From Parcubacteria group bacterium (GTDB lineage: Bacteria; Patescibacteriota; Microgenomatia; UBA1400; PJMF01), in contig CALQZX010000002.1 in the NCBI GenBank assembly GCA_943350175.1, forward strand, positions 2,061 through 66,060: DNA of 64,000 nt, given 5' to 3'. The notes beneath the pieces are model-generated. The model was not told the origin of the DNA. It did not search any database and worked only from the letters and a program-made list of their open reading frames with translations. Made by a program: the position numbers and the translations under genes. How positions within the stretch are numbered: the stretch's first letter is position 1; the number at the start of each line of letters is the position of its first letter. This document shows positions 7,327 through 17,200 of the stretch, one piece after another.

Positions 7327-9168
7327 ATGAAAAAAATAGATATGAATGAAATGATCAGAAAGGATATTGCTGCCATGTCAGCCTATATTCCTGTCGCTTC
7401 ATTATGGGATTTAAGTAAAAAATTTAAGCAAAAACCGGAGGAGCTAATCAAGCTTGATGCAGGTGAAAATCAAGCTGGTTACTCTCCTTCGGTCACGGAG
7501 GCTTTGCAAAATGAGCTGTTCAATTTTTATCCTGATCCAGAATATAAAGAGCTGCGTCAGGCTCTGTCCACTTATACTAGCGTGCCTGTGGCCAAGATTA
7601 TGGTTGGCTCAGGATCAGATGAATTATTGGATTTACTCTTTCGCTTAATTTTGGACGAAGGCGATAAAGTGATTAATTGTCCGCCGACTTTTGGTATGTA
7701 CGCTGTGGCGGTGGAGTTGAATAAAGGGAGGTTAATTTCGGTGCCCAGAAAAAGTGATTTTTCACTTGATTTGCTTGGTATTAAAAAGGCTATCGATGAG
7801 AAAGTTAAAGTGATTGTGGTTTGCACGCCCAATAATCCAACAGGGACCGTGACAAGTCAGTCAGAAATTATTACTTTGTTGGAGACTGGCAAATTAGTGA
7901 TCGTGGATGAAGCGTATTTTGAATTTTGTGGAAAGACTGTGGTGCCGCTGCTGCAAAAATATCCAAACTTAATTATTTTGCGTACCTTAAGTAAGTGGGC
8001 TGGTTTGGCTGGACTGCGTCTGGGTTACGCTTTGATGGATGCTTTTTTTGTGCAGCAATTCTTCAAAATCAAGCCACCCTATAACGTCAATCTAGCCGCT
8101 AGTGTGGCTGGAGTTGCGGCTCTGGCTGACAAAAATTGGCGAGAGAAAATGCTTGCTTCAACTATTAGTGAACGAGCGCGTTTGATTGAAGAGCTGGGTG
8201 CTTTGGCGAATTTGCAAGTCTATCCCTCTCAAGCTAATTCTTTGTTTATTAGGTTTGAACGCGACTTTGCAGAGCTCAAAAATTACTTAGAGCAGCGCAA
8301 AATAGTCGTTCGCTATTATGATGGCTATCAAGCTATTCGCTTGAGTGTGGGTTTGCCATGGCAGAATGACGCCGTCATTCAAGCTCTCAAAGATTTTGTA
8401 GTTTCTAAGTGGGATGCCGTCATTTTTGACATGGATGGCGTCTTGGTCGATGTCTCCAAATCTTATCGCCAAGCCATCAAATTAACTGCGCAGTATGTGC
8501 TGCAAAATAAATATGGTTTGAAGGTGAATGTCGCTGCCGCTGACATTGAAACCATGAAATCTATTCCAGGATTTAATAATGATTGGGATTTGTCTTTTGC
8601 TTTGATTGAACTTTTTGCCAAAGGTATTGCTCGCAAAGACTTTAAGCAAAATATTTCTGCTCTAAGTGAGCAAGTCAAAACCAGCGCTGATTATTTAGCC
8701 GCCAAAGATATTTTTCAAAGCTATTATCTAGGCAGCAAATTATTTAAGCAGCTTTATAAAAGACCAGCCCCTATTGCCTCTCAAACTGGCTTAATTAAAA
8801 ACGAATCTTTGCTTTTGGATTTACCAATTCTTAAGAAAATCGCAGAGAAATATAAGGTTGGCGTCGCGACAGGCAGGCCAAAATTTGAAGCTCTTTTTGC
8901 CCTTAGAAATCTCAAGATTTCTCCACAAATAGTCAAAGAAATTTATGTGGTTGGCAAAGAAGATGCGGAGAGAGAAAAACCTTTTCCAGAGCCATTGCTG
9001 AAAGCTGCTGAATTGCTTGATTGCAAACAGCCCATTTATGTCGGCGATAGCATCAATGACATTTTGGCAGCCAAGGCTGCAGCCATGCCATGCATTTTTG
9101 TGGGACAGAGTAAGCAGGCAGATTTTGAGGTGCGAAAGACTGATGAAATTGAAAGGATTCTTTTATGA
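7327..9168 (+). CDS. hisC: histidinol-phosphate aminotransferase fused to a C-terminal HAD-superfamily phosphatase domain (candidate histidinol-phosphatase)
   Basis: N-terminal ~360 aa class-II aminotransferase (LSKWAGLAGLRLGY PLP-lysine region); C-terminal ~250 aa has HAD motif I FDMDGVLVD, motif II VATGR, motif III K, motif IV VGDSINDI. Confidence 0.8.
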   Translation: MKKIDMNEMIRKDIAAMSAYIPVASLWDLSKKFKQKPEELIKLDAGENQAGYSPSVTEALQNELFNFYPDPEYKELRQALSTYTSVPVAKIMVGSGSDELLDLLFRLILDEGDKVINCPPTFGMYAVAVELNKGRLISVPRKSDFSLDLLGIKKAIDEKVKVIVVCTPNNPTGTVTSQSEIITLLETGKLVIVDEAYFEFCGKTVVPLLQKYPNLIILRTLSKWAGLAGLRLGYALMDAFFVQQFFKIKPPYNVNLAASVAGVAALADKNWREKMLASTISERARLIEELGALANLQVYPSQANSLFIRFERDFAELKNYLEQRKIVVRYYDGYQAIRLSVGLPWQNDAVIQALKDFVVSKWDAVIFDMDGVLVDVSKSYRQAIKLTAQYVLQNKYGLKVNVAAADIETMKSIPGFNNDWDLSFALIELFAKGIARKDFKQNISALSEQVKTSADYLAAKDIFQSYYLGSKLFKQLYKRPAPIASQTGLIKNESLLLDLPILKKIAEKYKVGVATGRPKFEALFALRNLKISPQIVKEIYVVGKEDAEREKPFPEPLLKAAELLDCKQPIYVGDSINDILAAKAAAMPCIFVGQSKQADFEVRKTDEIERILL

Positions 9169-9758
9169 AAAATCGTTTAGCCAAAATTATTAGAAATACC
9201 AATGAAACTCAAATTGAGCTCTCGCTTAACATTGATGGCACAGCTAAACGACAAATCGATGTGCCGGTTGGTTTTTTATCTCACATGTTGGATTTGTTTG
9301 CCAAGCACGGCTTACTAGATTTAAATGTGCTGGCCAAAGGAGATATTTTTATTGATGAGCACCACACTGTTGAAGATATTGGGATTGTTTTGGGACAAGC
9401 TTTTTATGAGGCCCTTGGTGAAAAAAGAGGCATCAATAGATATGGTTTCTTTGTTTTACCAATGGATGAAGTGTTGGTGACCGCAGCCATAGATTTTTCT
9501 GGTCGCTATTCTTTCACCATGGACTGTCAATTTAATCGAGAGATGGTTGGCGATATGAGTACAGAAATTGTTTACGATTTCTGGGATGCTTTCGCCCAAA
9601 ACGCCAAAGCCAATGTTTATATCAAAGTTGAGAATGGTCGTAATGACCACCACAAAATTGAGGGCATTTTTAAAGCGATTGCGAGAGCGATTAGAGTTGC
9701 TTGTGAATATGACCAAAGAGCTCTAGATCAAGTGCCATCGACGAAAGGATCCTTATGA
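9165..9758 (+). CDS. hisB: imidazoleglycerol-phosphate dehydratase
   Basis: 197 aa IGPD-like, monofunctional (no HAD N-domain); ATGA overlap with hisC. Confidence 0.85.
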   Translation: MKNRLAKIIRNTNETQIELSLNIDGTAKRQIDVPVGFLSHMLDLFAKHGLLDLNVLAKGDIFIDEHHTVEDIGIVLGQAFYEALGEKRGINRYGFFVLPMDEVLVTAAIDFSGRYSFTMDCQFNREMVGDMSTEIVYDFWDAFAQNAKANVYIKVENGRNDHHKIEGIFKAIARAIRVACEYDQRALDQVPSTKGSL

Positions 9759-10354
9759 TCGTTATTATTGATTATGGTTTAGGCAATTTAGCCAGCGTGG
9801 CTAATGCTTTGACCAAGCTAGAAATTCCTTTCAAGATTTCTAGTCAAATTAAAGATCTGAGAGCGGCGACTGCTTTAATTCTGCCTGGAGTTGGAGCAGC
9901 CGCTTTCGGCATGAAAAATCTCAGAGAGAGAAAGCTTGATCTTGAAATTAAAGAGCAAGTTGCTCTTGGCAAACCTTTGCTTGGAATTTGCCTTGGCATG
10001 CAATTACTTTTTTCTAGTAGTGACGAAGGAGATGCAGCTTGTTTGGATTTGGTCAAAGGCAAGGTCAAGAAGTTTGAGACAAAATTAAAAGTTCCGCAAA
10101 TGGGTTGGAACCAAGTTGTGGCCAGCGATTCTCAACTTTTAAAAGGCATTAAAAATGAATCGTATTTTTATTTCGTTCACTCATATTACTGCGATCCAAG
10201 CGATCGCAAAGTAGTGACTGGCAAAACTAATTACGATCAGGATTTTTGTAGTGTTTTGGAAGCAAAGAATGTTTATGGAGTGCAATTCCACCCTGAAAAA
10301 AGTGGAAAAGCAGGTTTGAAATTATTAAGAAATTTTTGGGAGTTAGTATGTTAA
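9755..10354 (+). CDS. hisH: imidazole glycerol phosphate synthase, glutaminase subunit
   Basis: class-I GATase with catalytic Cys in GICLGMQ. Confidence 0.85.
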   Translation: MIVIIDYGLGNLASVANALTKLEIPFKISSQIKDLRAATALILPGVGAAAFGMKNLRERKLDLEIKEQVALGKPLLGICLGMQLLFSSSDEGDAACLDLVKGKVKKFETKLKVPQMGWNQVVASDSQLLKGIKNESYFYFVHSYYCDPSDRKVVTGKTNYDQDFCSVLEAKNVYGVQFHPEKSGKAGLKLLRNFWELVC

Positions 10355-11058
10355 TTATTCCGGCCATCGATCTTAGAGATGGCAAATATGTTCGTTTAAA
10401 ACAAGGTAATTATGCTTTGGAGACCATCTATGGCTTAGATCCTGTAGAGATAGCCAAAAAGTGGCAATCAGCAGGCGCCAAAGCACTACATGTTGTGGAT
10501 CTCGATGGAGCCAAAACTGGCCAGCTGGTCAATCTTGAATCGATCGAGAAAATTATTACTGTGCTTAATATTCCAGTCCAAGTGGGTGGTGGAGTTCAAT
10601 CTATAGCAGCGATTGAACAGCTGCTCTCGCTTGGAGCCAGCAAAGTCATTATTGGCACTTTGGCTTTAGAAGACGAAGTGCAACTTGTAAAACTACTGTC
10701 TAGATATGCTGAAAAAATTATTGTTTCTTTGGATAGTAAAAATGGACAATTGGCCAAAAGAGGTTGGTTGGAAAATAGTGGCCAAGATCTTTTAGAGACG
10801 GCCGTAAAGCTTGAAAAATTAGGCGTTAAATCATTTATTTACACCGATGTTTTAAAAGACGGCACGCTTAGCCAGCCAAATTATGAAGGCATTAAAAGTT
10901 TAATGTCAGTTCTTTCTACGCCACTAACGATTGCGGGCGGAGTTTCTTGTTTGGCAGACATTGAAAAATTAGCGAGTCTAAAAGTGGCAGGAGTAATTAT
11001 TGGCAAAGCTCTTTTGGAGGGCAGAATAAACCTTAAGGAGGCAAACGATGCTAGCTAA
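10348..11058 (+). CDS. hisA: ProFAR isomerase
   Basis: [14 protein letters not shown]-terminus; (beta/alpha)8 HisA-like; start overlaps the hisH stop. Confidence 0.85.
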   Translation: MLIIPAIDLRDGKYVRLKQGNYALETIYGLDPVEIAKKWQSAGAKALHVVDLDGAKTGQLVNLESIEKIITVLNIPVQVGGGVQSIAAIEQLLSLGASKVIIGTLALEDEVQLVKLLSRYAEKIIVSLDSKNGQLAKRGWLENSGQDLLETAVKLEKLGVKSFIYTDVLKDGTLSQPNYEGIKSLMSVLSTPLTIAGGVSCLADIEKLASLKVAGVIIGKALLEGRINLKEANDAS

Positions 11059-11818
11059 AAGAATCATTCCCTGTTTGGATGTTGCGAGTGACAGAGTGGT
11101 CAAAGGTACTAATTTTATCGACCTGCAAGATGCTGGCGATCCTGTCGTTTTGGCCAAATTCTATAATGATGAAGGTGCTGATGAATTGGTTTTTCTTGAT
11201 ATTACTGCTTCAAATGAAGGTCGCAAAACCTTTGTCGAAGTAGTCAGAAAAGTGGCTCAGAATATTTTCATTCCTTTCACGGTGGGAGGAGGAATTGGAT
11301 CCATTGAAGATATTCGCAGTGTGCTTTTGGCTGGAGCAGATAAGGTTTCACTCAATACTGCCGCAGTTAGAAATCCAAGTTTAATCAGTGAAGCGGCAGC
11401 ACTTTTTGGTAATCAATGTATCGTTTTGGCGATTGATGCGAAGAAAAATGCCACTGGTTGGGAAGTCTTCACCAACGGTGGGAAAGTAGCAACTGGTTTG
11501 GATGTGGAAGCTTGGGCAAAAGAAGGCGTGCGACTTGGTGCAGGAGAAATTTTACTAACCAGCATCGATGCTGACGGCACCAAACAAGGCTACGATTTGC
11601 AACTAACTAGCAAGGTTTCAAATAGCGTCAACGTGCCGGTAATTGCCTCTGGTGGCGCTGGCAAGATTGATGATTTTATCGATGTTTTTCAAGCTGGCGC
11701 TGCCGATGCTGCTTTAGCTGCTTCGCTCTTCCACTTTGGAGAGTTACACATTAGCGATCTTAAAAAATATATGCAAGCCAAAAATATTATTGTTAGGAAT
11801 TCTTATGATCAAAATTGA
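11048..11818 (+). CDS. hisF: imidazole glycerol phosphate synthase, cyclase subunit
   Basis: RIIPCLDV...GADK, classic HisF. Confidence 0.85.
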   Translation: MLAKRIIPCLDVASDRVVKGTNFIDLQDAGDPVVLAKFYNDEGADELVFLDITASNEGRKTFVEVVRKVAQNIFIPFTVGGGIGSIEDIRSVLLAGADKVSLNTAAVRNPSLISEAAALFGNQCIVLAIDAKKNATGWEVFTNGGKVATGLDVEAWAKEGVRLGAGEILLTSIDADGTKQGYDLQLTSKVSNSVNVPVIASGGAGKIDDFIDVFQAGAADAALAASLFHFGELHISDLKKYMQAKNIIVRNSYDQN

Positions 11819-12134
11819 TTTTAAAAAAGCAAATGGTTTAGTGCCCGCTGTCATCCAAGATTTTGAGACGGCTAAAGTTCTGATGCTTGGTTATATGAAT
11901 GCAGAAGCCTTTGAGAAAACCAAAGCAACAAGCGACGTCTATTTTTTTAGCCGCAGTAGAAAGAAGCTTTGGCTCAAAGGCGAAGTGTCTGGCAACAGAC
12001 TCAAGGTCATAGAAATCTTGGGCGATTGTGATGGCGACGCATTGCTGATTAAAGTAAAATTAATTGGTAGTGCTGTTTGTCACACCGGCAAAAGAACTTG
12101 TTTTTTTAATAAAATTGAAGAAAGAAAATTATGA
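11805..12134 (+). CDS. hisI: phosphoribosyl-AMP cyclohydrolase (separate, not fused to hisE)
   Basis: GLVPAVIQD...C.C..G..SCF motif; start chosen at the in-frame ATG 11805, which overlaps the hisF stop. Confidence 0.8.
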   Translation: MIKIDFKKANGLVPAVIQDFETAKVLMLGYMNAEAFEKTKATSDVYFFSRSRKKLWLKGEVSGNRLKVIEILGDCDGDALLIKVKLIGSAVCHTGKRTCFFNKIEERKL

Positions 12135-12430
12135 CATTAGAAGAATTATATAAAATAATTATTTCTCGCAAAACAGAATTGCCAGAAGGTTCTTACGTTG
12201 CCTCCCTTTTTAAAGGTGATGAGGACAGAATTATTCAGAAGGTCGGCGAAGAGGCGACTGAAGTGGTGATTGCTGCCAAAAATACGAGCAAAGAAAGACT
12301 GGTTTCTGAGACGGCCGATTTGCTATTTCACACCCTAGTACTTTTGGCTGCTCGTGGAGTTAGTTTAGAGGAAGTAATGGAGGAGTTGGAGAGGAGAAAA
12401 AATAATTCGTTTCCTATTCATGAGATATAA
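12131..12430 (+). CDS. hisE: phosphoribosyl-ATP pyrophosphatase
   Basis: 99 aa MazG-like, EE.TE...AAK; last gene of the operon. Confidence 0.8.
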   Translation: MTLEELYKIIISRKTELPEGSYVASLFKGDEDRIIQKVGEEATEVVIAAKNTSKERLVSETADLLFHTLVLLAARGVSLEEVMEELERRKNNSFPIHEI

Positions 12431-12461
12431 TAACTCATAAGCAAATAAAGCTATGTCTCTA

Positions 12462-12480
12462 GGCAAGCGACCTCTTGCCA
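12462..12480 (+). terminator. hairpin GGCAAG-CGACCU-CUUGCC after hisE
   Basis: 6-bp inverted repeat 3' of the hisE stop. Confidence 0.35.
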
Positions 12481-12515
12481 CTTATTAAATTATCTGCCCA
12501 AGTAAAGGAGTTTTT

Positions 12516-12806
12516 ATGCAAAACGCCACGATTTCCATTTTTGAGGACATTAAACGAACCAATCAATATCAGCAAGAGTTTTGGTCAGCTCGCCAACTCG
12601 CCAAAACCCTCGATTACACAGATTATCGCAATTTTGAAAAAGCAATAAATAGAGCCAAAGAATCCTGTAAAAATGATGGTCAATCAGTCCAAAACCATTT
12701 CGTTGAAGACAACGAAATGGTCGAACTAGGCAAAACTGCATCAAGAAAAATTCAAGACCTTGTTGTACAAGATAATTTTCCCCAATTTTGGGCTAGATTA
12801 GATTAA
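12516..12806 (+). CDS. DinD N-terminal-domain-like (BRO-N-like) protein
   Basis: QYQQEFWSARQLAKTLDYTDYRNFEKAINRAKESCKNDGQSVQNHFVE aligns by eye to the N-terminal ~95 aa of E. coli DinD; strong RBS AAGGAG. Confidence 0.6.
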   Translation: MQNATISIFEDIKRTNQYQQEFWSARQLAKTLDYTDYRNFEKAINRAKESCKNDGQSVQNHFVEDNEMVELGKTASRKIQDLVVQDNFPQFWARLD

Positions 12807-12823
12807 TAGAATTGTAAAAAATT

Positions 12824-14077
12824 ATGAAAAAACTCAAAGTATCAATTCAAGACGAACACACCTTAGTATTGCAAGAAGATGGCAGCAAGGGAGATTTGAT
12901 CGACCTTAGCTCAATTCACGAAACGGATATCGATAAGACAGCCATTGATAGCCTCATTAAATCAATCAAAACAGAAGAATTTAATATACAGCTTGAGACA
13001 GCAAAAAAAAGCATAGAAAAAGAAAAACAGCTCGAGTCTGAACTTAAAGAAAAAGACATTGTTAGCAGAGCAAAAGAAGCACTTGTCAAAAAAGATCAAG
13101 AAATAGCCACACTCAATACAAAATTAGAAGGAATCGCCAAACAGGTAGAATCTGAAACAAAAGTTAAATCTCTAGAAGAACGACAAAAATTAGAAGAAGA
13201 ATATCGCAATAAACTAGGTGATAAAGAACTTGAAATTCAAGAGATAAAACATCAGAAAGAACTCGGTGAGCAAAAGTATCAGGATGAACTTAAAGCAAGT
13301 GCTACCGCTCTAATATCTCTAAAAGAAATGCGCTCGCGAATGAGTACCAAGATGATTGGTGAATCTTTAGAAATTCACTGTGAGAATGAATTTAATAAAC
13401 TCCGTCCTTTTGCCTTTCCTAAAGCTTCATTTGGCAAAGACAATCAAGTCTCAAGCTCTGGTTCAAAGGGAGACTATATTTATCGTGAATTTGATGACGA
13501 TGGTAACGAAATCCTCTCAATTATGTTCGAGATGAAGAATGAAGACGGCCTGACAGCCTCTAAACATAAAAATAAAGATTTTTTCAAGGAATTGGATAAA
13601 GATCGACGAGAAAAAAATTGTGAATATGCGGTCCTGGTTAGTTTACTTGAAAAAGACAACGAATATTATGACGATATAGCCACCGTGACTGAATATCAGT
13701 GCATGTACGCCATCAGACCTCAACATTTTATTACTATCATCGGTTTTTTACGTCAGGGCAATCTAAAATCTCAAGATTTGCGAAAGACGATTTTGGCTTT
13801 GAAAAATCAAAATATTGACGTTACTAATTTTGAAACTAACATGAACGCTTTCAAGGATGCTTTTGCCAGAAATTACAATTTGGCCGCTGATCAGTTTGGC
13901 AAGGCTATCGATGAAATTGATAAAACTATTGATCATTTGAATAAAGTTAAGGAAAATTTACTCAAATCTGAAAACAATTATAGATTGGCTAATAACAAGG
14001 CTTCAGATCTAACAATTAAAAGACTAACTTCCGACAGCCCGAGTGTTGCTAAGGCTTTTGAGGAAAATATAAAATAA
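12824..14077 (+). CDS. DUF2130-like protein: long coiled coil plus C-terminal PD-(D/E)xK nuclease-like domain
   Basis: KGDYIYREF..GNEILSIMFEMKNE and DKDRREKNCEYAVLVS match the DUF2130 catalytic-core pattern G.GAD....EcK; N-terminal ~170 aa is heptad-rich. Confidence 0.5.
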   Translation: MKKLKVSIQDEHTLVLQEDGSKGDLIDLSSIHETDIDKTAIDSLIKSIKTEEFNIQLETAKKSIEKEKQLESELKEKDIVSRAKEALVKKDQEIATLNTKLEGIAKQVESETKVKSLEERQKLEEEYRNKLGDKELEIQEIKHQKELGEQKYQDELKASATALISLKEMRSRMSTKMIGESLEIHCENEFNKLRPFAFPKASFGKDNQVSSSGSKGDYIYREFDDDGNEILSIMFEMKNEDGLTASKHKNKDFFKELDKDRREKNCEYAVLVSLLEKDNEYYDDIATVTEYQCMYAIRPQHFITIIGFLRQGNLKSQDLRKTILALKNQNIDVTNFETNMNAFKDAFARNYNLAADQFGKAIDEIDKTIDHLNKVKENLLKSENNYRLANNKASDLTIKRLTSDSPSVAKAFEENIK

Positions 14078-14208
14078 GGAATTCTTATCGTTAGTGGGTG
14101 GCTACTAACTTAGAATTTATTGGTAGCTGAAAAATCAGTCAATTTCTAACACATCCATCATTCAAACAAGTGGTTATTTCTTGTATAATTTTTTTATCCA
14201 ATATTATT

Positions 14209-17200
14209 ATGAATGAAGCTACGGAAAACACAGAAAAAACAGGTAAAGAACCCATTTCTCTAGCAGAAAGAAGCCTAAACATGGTTTCTTTTCAATCTCT
14301 AAATGCTTCGGCGTTAAAAATTTTGAGAACTGAATTTTCTGATACTTTGCAACATAGTTCTACTTTTTCGTACAAAGAAATCTTTAGAAAGTTAACACTT
14401 GCTCAGGCCTTAATTAAGAATGGCGATCCATTGGGAGCAAAAGATGCTCTCGCTAATATAGATATAGAAGAAACAGAAGAAAAAGATCTATTAAGATTAG
14501 CTGATTTATATTTTCAAATTGGTGAAAAAGCAGAAGCTTTAAAAATTGCAGATGAAATCATTGAAAATGAAAGAGGAACAAAAGCTGTTTTTTTAGCCGA
14601 AAGTCTCACAAATCTCCTTTCTGCCAATGAAGCGCTTGATCTTGATATGGTGATAAAAATAATTGGTGCTATTTGCAATGAAGCTGTCCAGTCTAGTCTC
14701 ATTAACCGCTATCTTAATGAACAGAATAGTGCTGATATTTATCAATTTATAACTCTGATATTAGGTAAAATTAAACTCCCGCCAAGAAACCAAATAACAT
14801 TATGTCTTCGGGCAAAAGATGCTTGTTTAAATAATAACCAGCTTGATTTGGCTAAAGAAATGGCTACTAAAGCTTTAGAAATAGCCAATAATCTAGAATC
14901 TTCAATAGGAAAATTTTATGCTATTTGTGATATAGCCATTGAACAAAACTCAGAAGCTAAAATTCTTTCTGCTGAAAAAGCCATTCAGCAAATGAAAGAA
15001 TTGATTGAGTTAATTGAAAATAAAGAAGTTGAATCTCATGAGGTTTTTACTCGCGGTGATGATGTCTCACAAATCAACATGTATTTTGCAAGTTTTTTAT
15101 TACAAGAAGGCATGATTGCTGAAGCAGAGGTTGTTCTAGAAAAAATTTCCATGTCCGCTCAAAAAGAAAACACAATGCTAATGATAGCCAGAAAGTATGC
15201 AGAAAAAGGAGATAAGATTAGTGCCAAGAGACTAATTGCTGAAGCAGGCAAATTTGGTTGGGAGGATAAAGGATTTAGAGGCAATGGGTGGAATAAAGAT
15301 CATCCTCTCCCAGTTTCTATTGCTAAAACCCAGATGCTTATTGGTGATTTGCAATCAGCTATCAAAACTCTTTATGGAATTATTCCTGGTCTCATACAAG
15401 AGAGTCAAAAAGAAAAAAATAAACAAGACGTTTCCTGGGTGAATGAACTGTTAAAACAAAATGCGCCTAGGGAATTTAAATCGCTAGACATTAGTTACAG
15501 ATATTTTTACCAGACGGTTATGGAGTTAAGTAACGAAGGTCACATTGAACAAGCGATTTTACTTTTAGCTAAATATCCAAAATTTATTGATGCCTCGTCG
15601 GTTTATTCTGAGGAGAGAGTTATCGTGCTTAATCAAATCACTGCTTTACAGATTAAACTCAATCAGCCGGTTACAACCAAACTCGCTCTAAGAAACATGA
15701 GTTCTTTTTTACAAGAACACTTGTTGTCTAATCAAGAAGCTCTTTTAAGTCATGAGGATGCTTTTAATAACTTAATTGCTGTTGCCAAAATTCAATCAAC
15801 TCTTCCAGACAAAGATGGATTAATTGAAACTTTGCAGCTTGCTGAAAAATTCACCGATCAAGATTCTTCAAAAGACATGGCTCAAAGTATGATTACTCTT
15901 GCAGAACTTTGGTTATTGGTTCCACAAAAAGATAAGGCTATCAGGCAAGCTGATAAGGCTCTACTTCTTTGTGAATTCAATTTTGACTTTGATGCAGATT
16001 GTTTACCTGGCGAAGCATATTCTATTTTTTTGGCTAATAAAACAAATTTATTGAAAATATATGGACTTTTTCAAAATTTAGGGGAAAACGATAAAGCTTC
16101 TAAGTTAATTGAATATATTGCTGTCGCTGTTATTAAATTTGAAAATGAAATTCAAAAACGAGAACGAAGAGAAATTAGGAAAACGTCTACGCTGACTCGT
16201 TGGAATAATGAATGGCCACTTTCCAAAGACTGTTTTGAGGTTGGCAATATGTTGTTAAACAGTGGAAATATGACTGTTGCTAGGGAAATTATGTCCCTGG
16301 TTGCTAGAAAAGTTCAGAATGGTGATTTTGAGGCAAGTAGCTTCATTGCTATAAACGAAAAAATTGTTGATCTTTTAACCAATAAAAAAGAATTGCTATC
16401 TGAACAAATAGATTATCAATCACTTAAAAATAAAATTTTGATCAATGGTGGGTTGAATGTACAACTACTCACTGAAGTTGGTTCTTTTGCTGAAAAAGAT
16501 GCTATTGAGCAATTATTATCTTTAGTGCCTCCAGAGCAATTGAAATTAGCCAGACAAATTGTTTATCAGAGTGCTGTAAAAAATGAAACGATTTTTTGGA
16601 GAACAAATCAAGACACAATTCTTAAAAATACAATTTCTTTGTTAATGGAAGCTATCGCCAATAAAAATATCGAAGAGACAACGCTCATCGAATACCTATT
16701 AGGAACAATTCATTTGCTCAATTCTAAAGAAGCAAAAGATGCTTTACTTGGTCTTGCTCGAAGCTTGGTTAATCAAGAAAATATCCAACACGACGAATTC
16801 TCCAACCCTCACTTTATGAGAATTTTAAAAACTTTGGCAGAGCTTGATACTTTTAGGGGTAATGATTTAATTTTTGCTACTGCTGCTGATGAGAATCTTC
16901 CAGACGATTGTTCCATTGATCTCTTTGATAAGCTCATAGAAAATAAATATTTGCAGTTCAACATTAATTTTTGGCTCAGAAATAGAAAGGCCAAAAGAAC
17001 CGAGTTAGACAAAATTAGCGGTCGCGTTAGGTTGTCAGCAGAGCAGGAATTGCAACAAGGAAAAATAGAATTAGCGGCGGCCAAAATGATTTGTAGATTA
17101 GGAGCAGTGCCATCTATTTATATTTATGATTATCTTCTAGATAGAAAAGAAGAAGATTTGTACGAATTAACTTTGGAAGAAGTTTCAAAAAGAATTAAGC

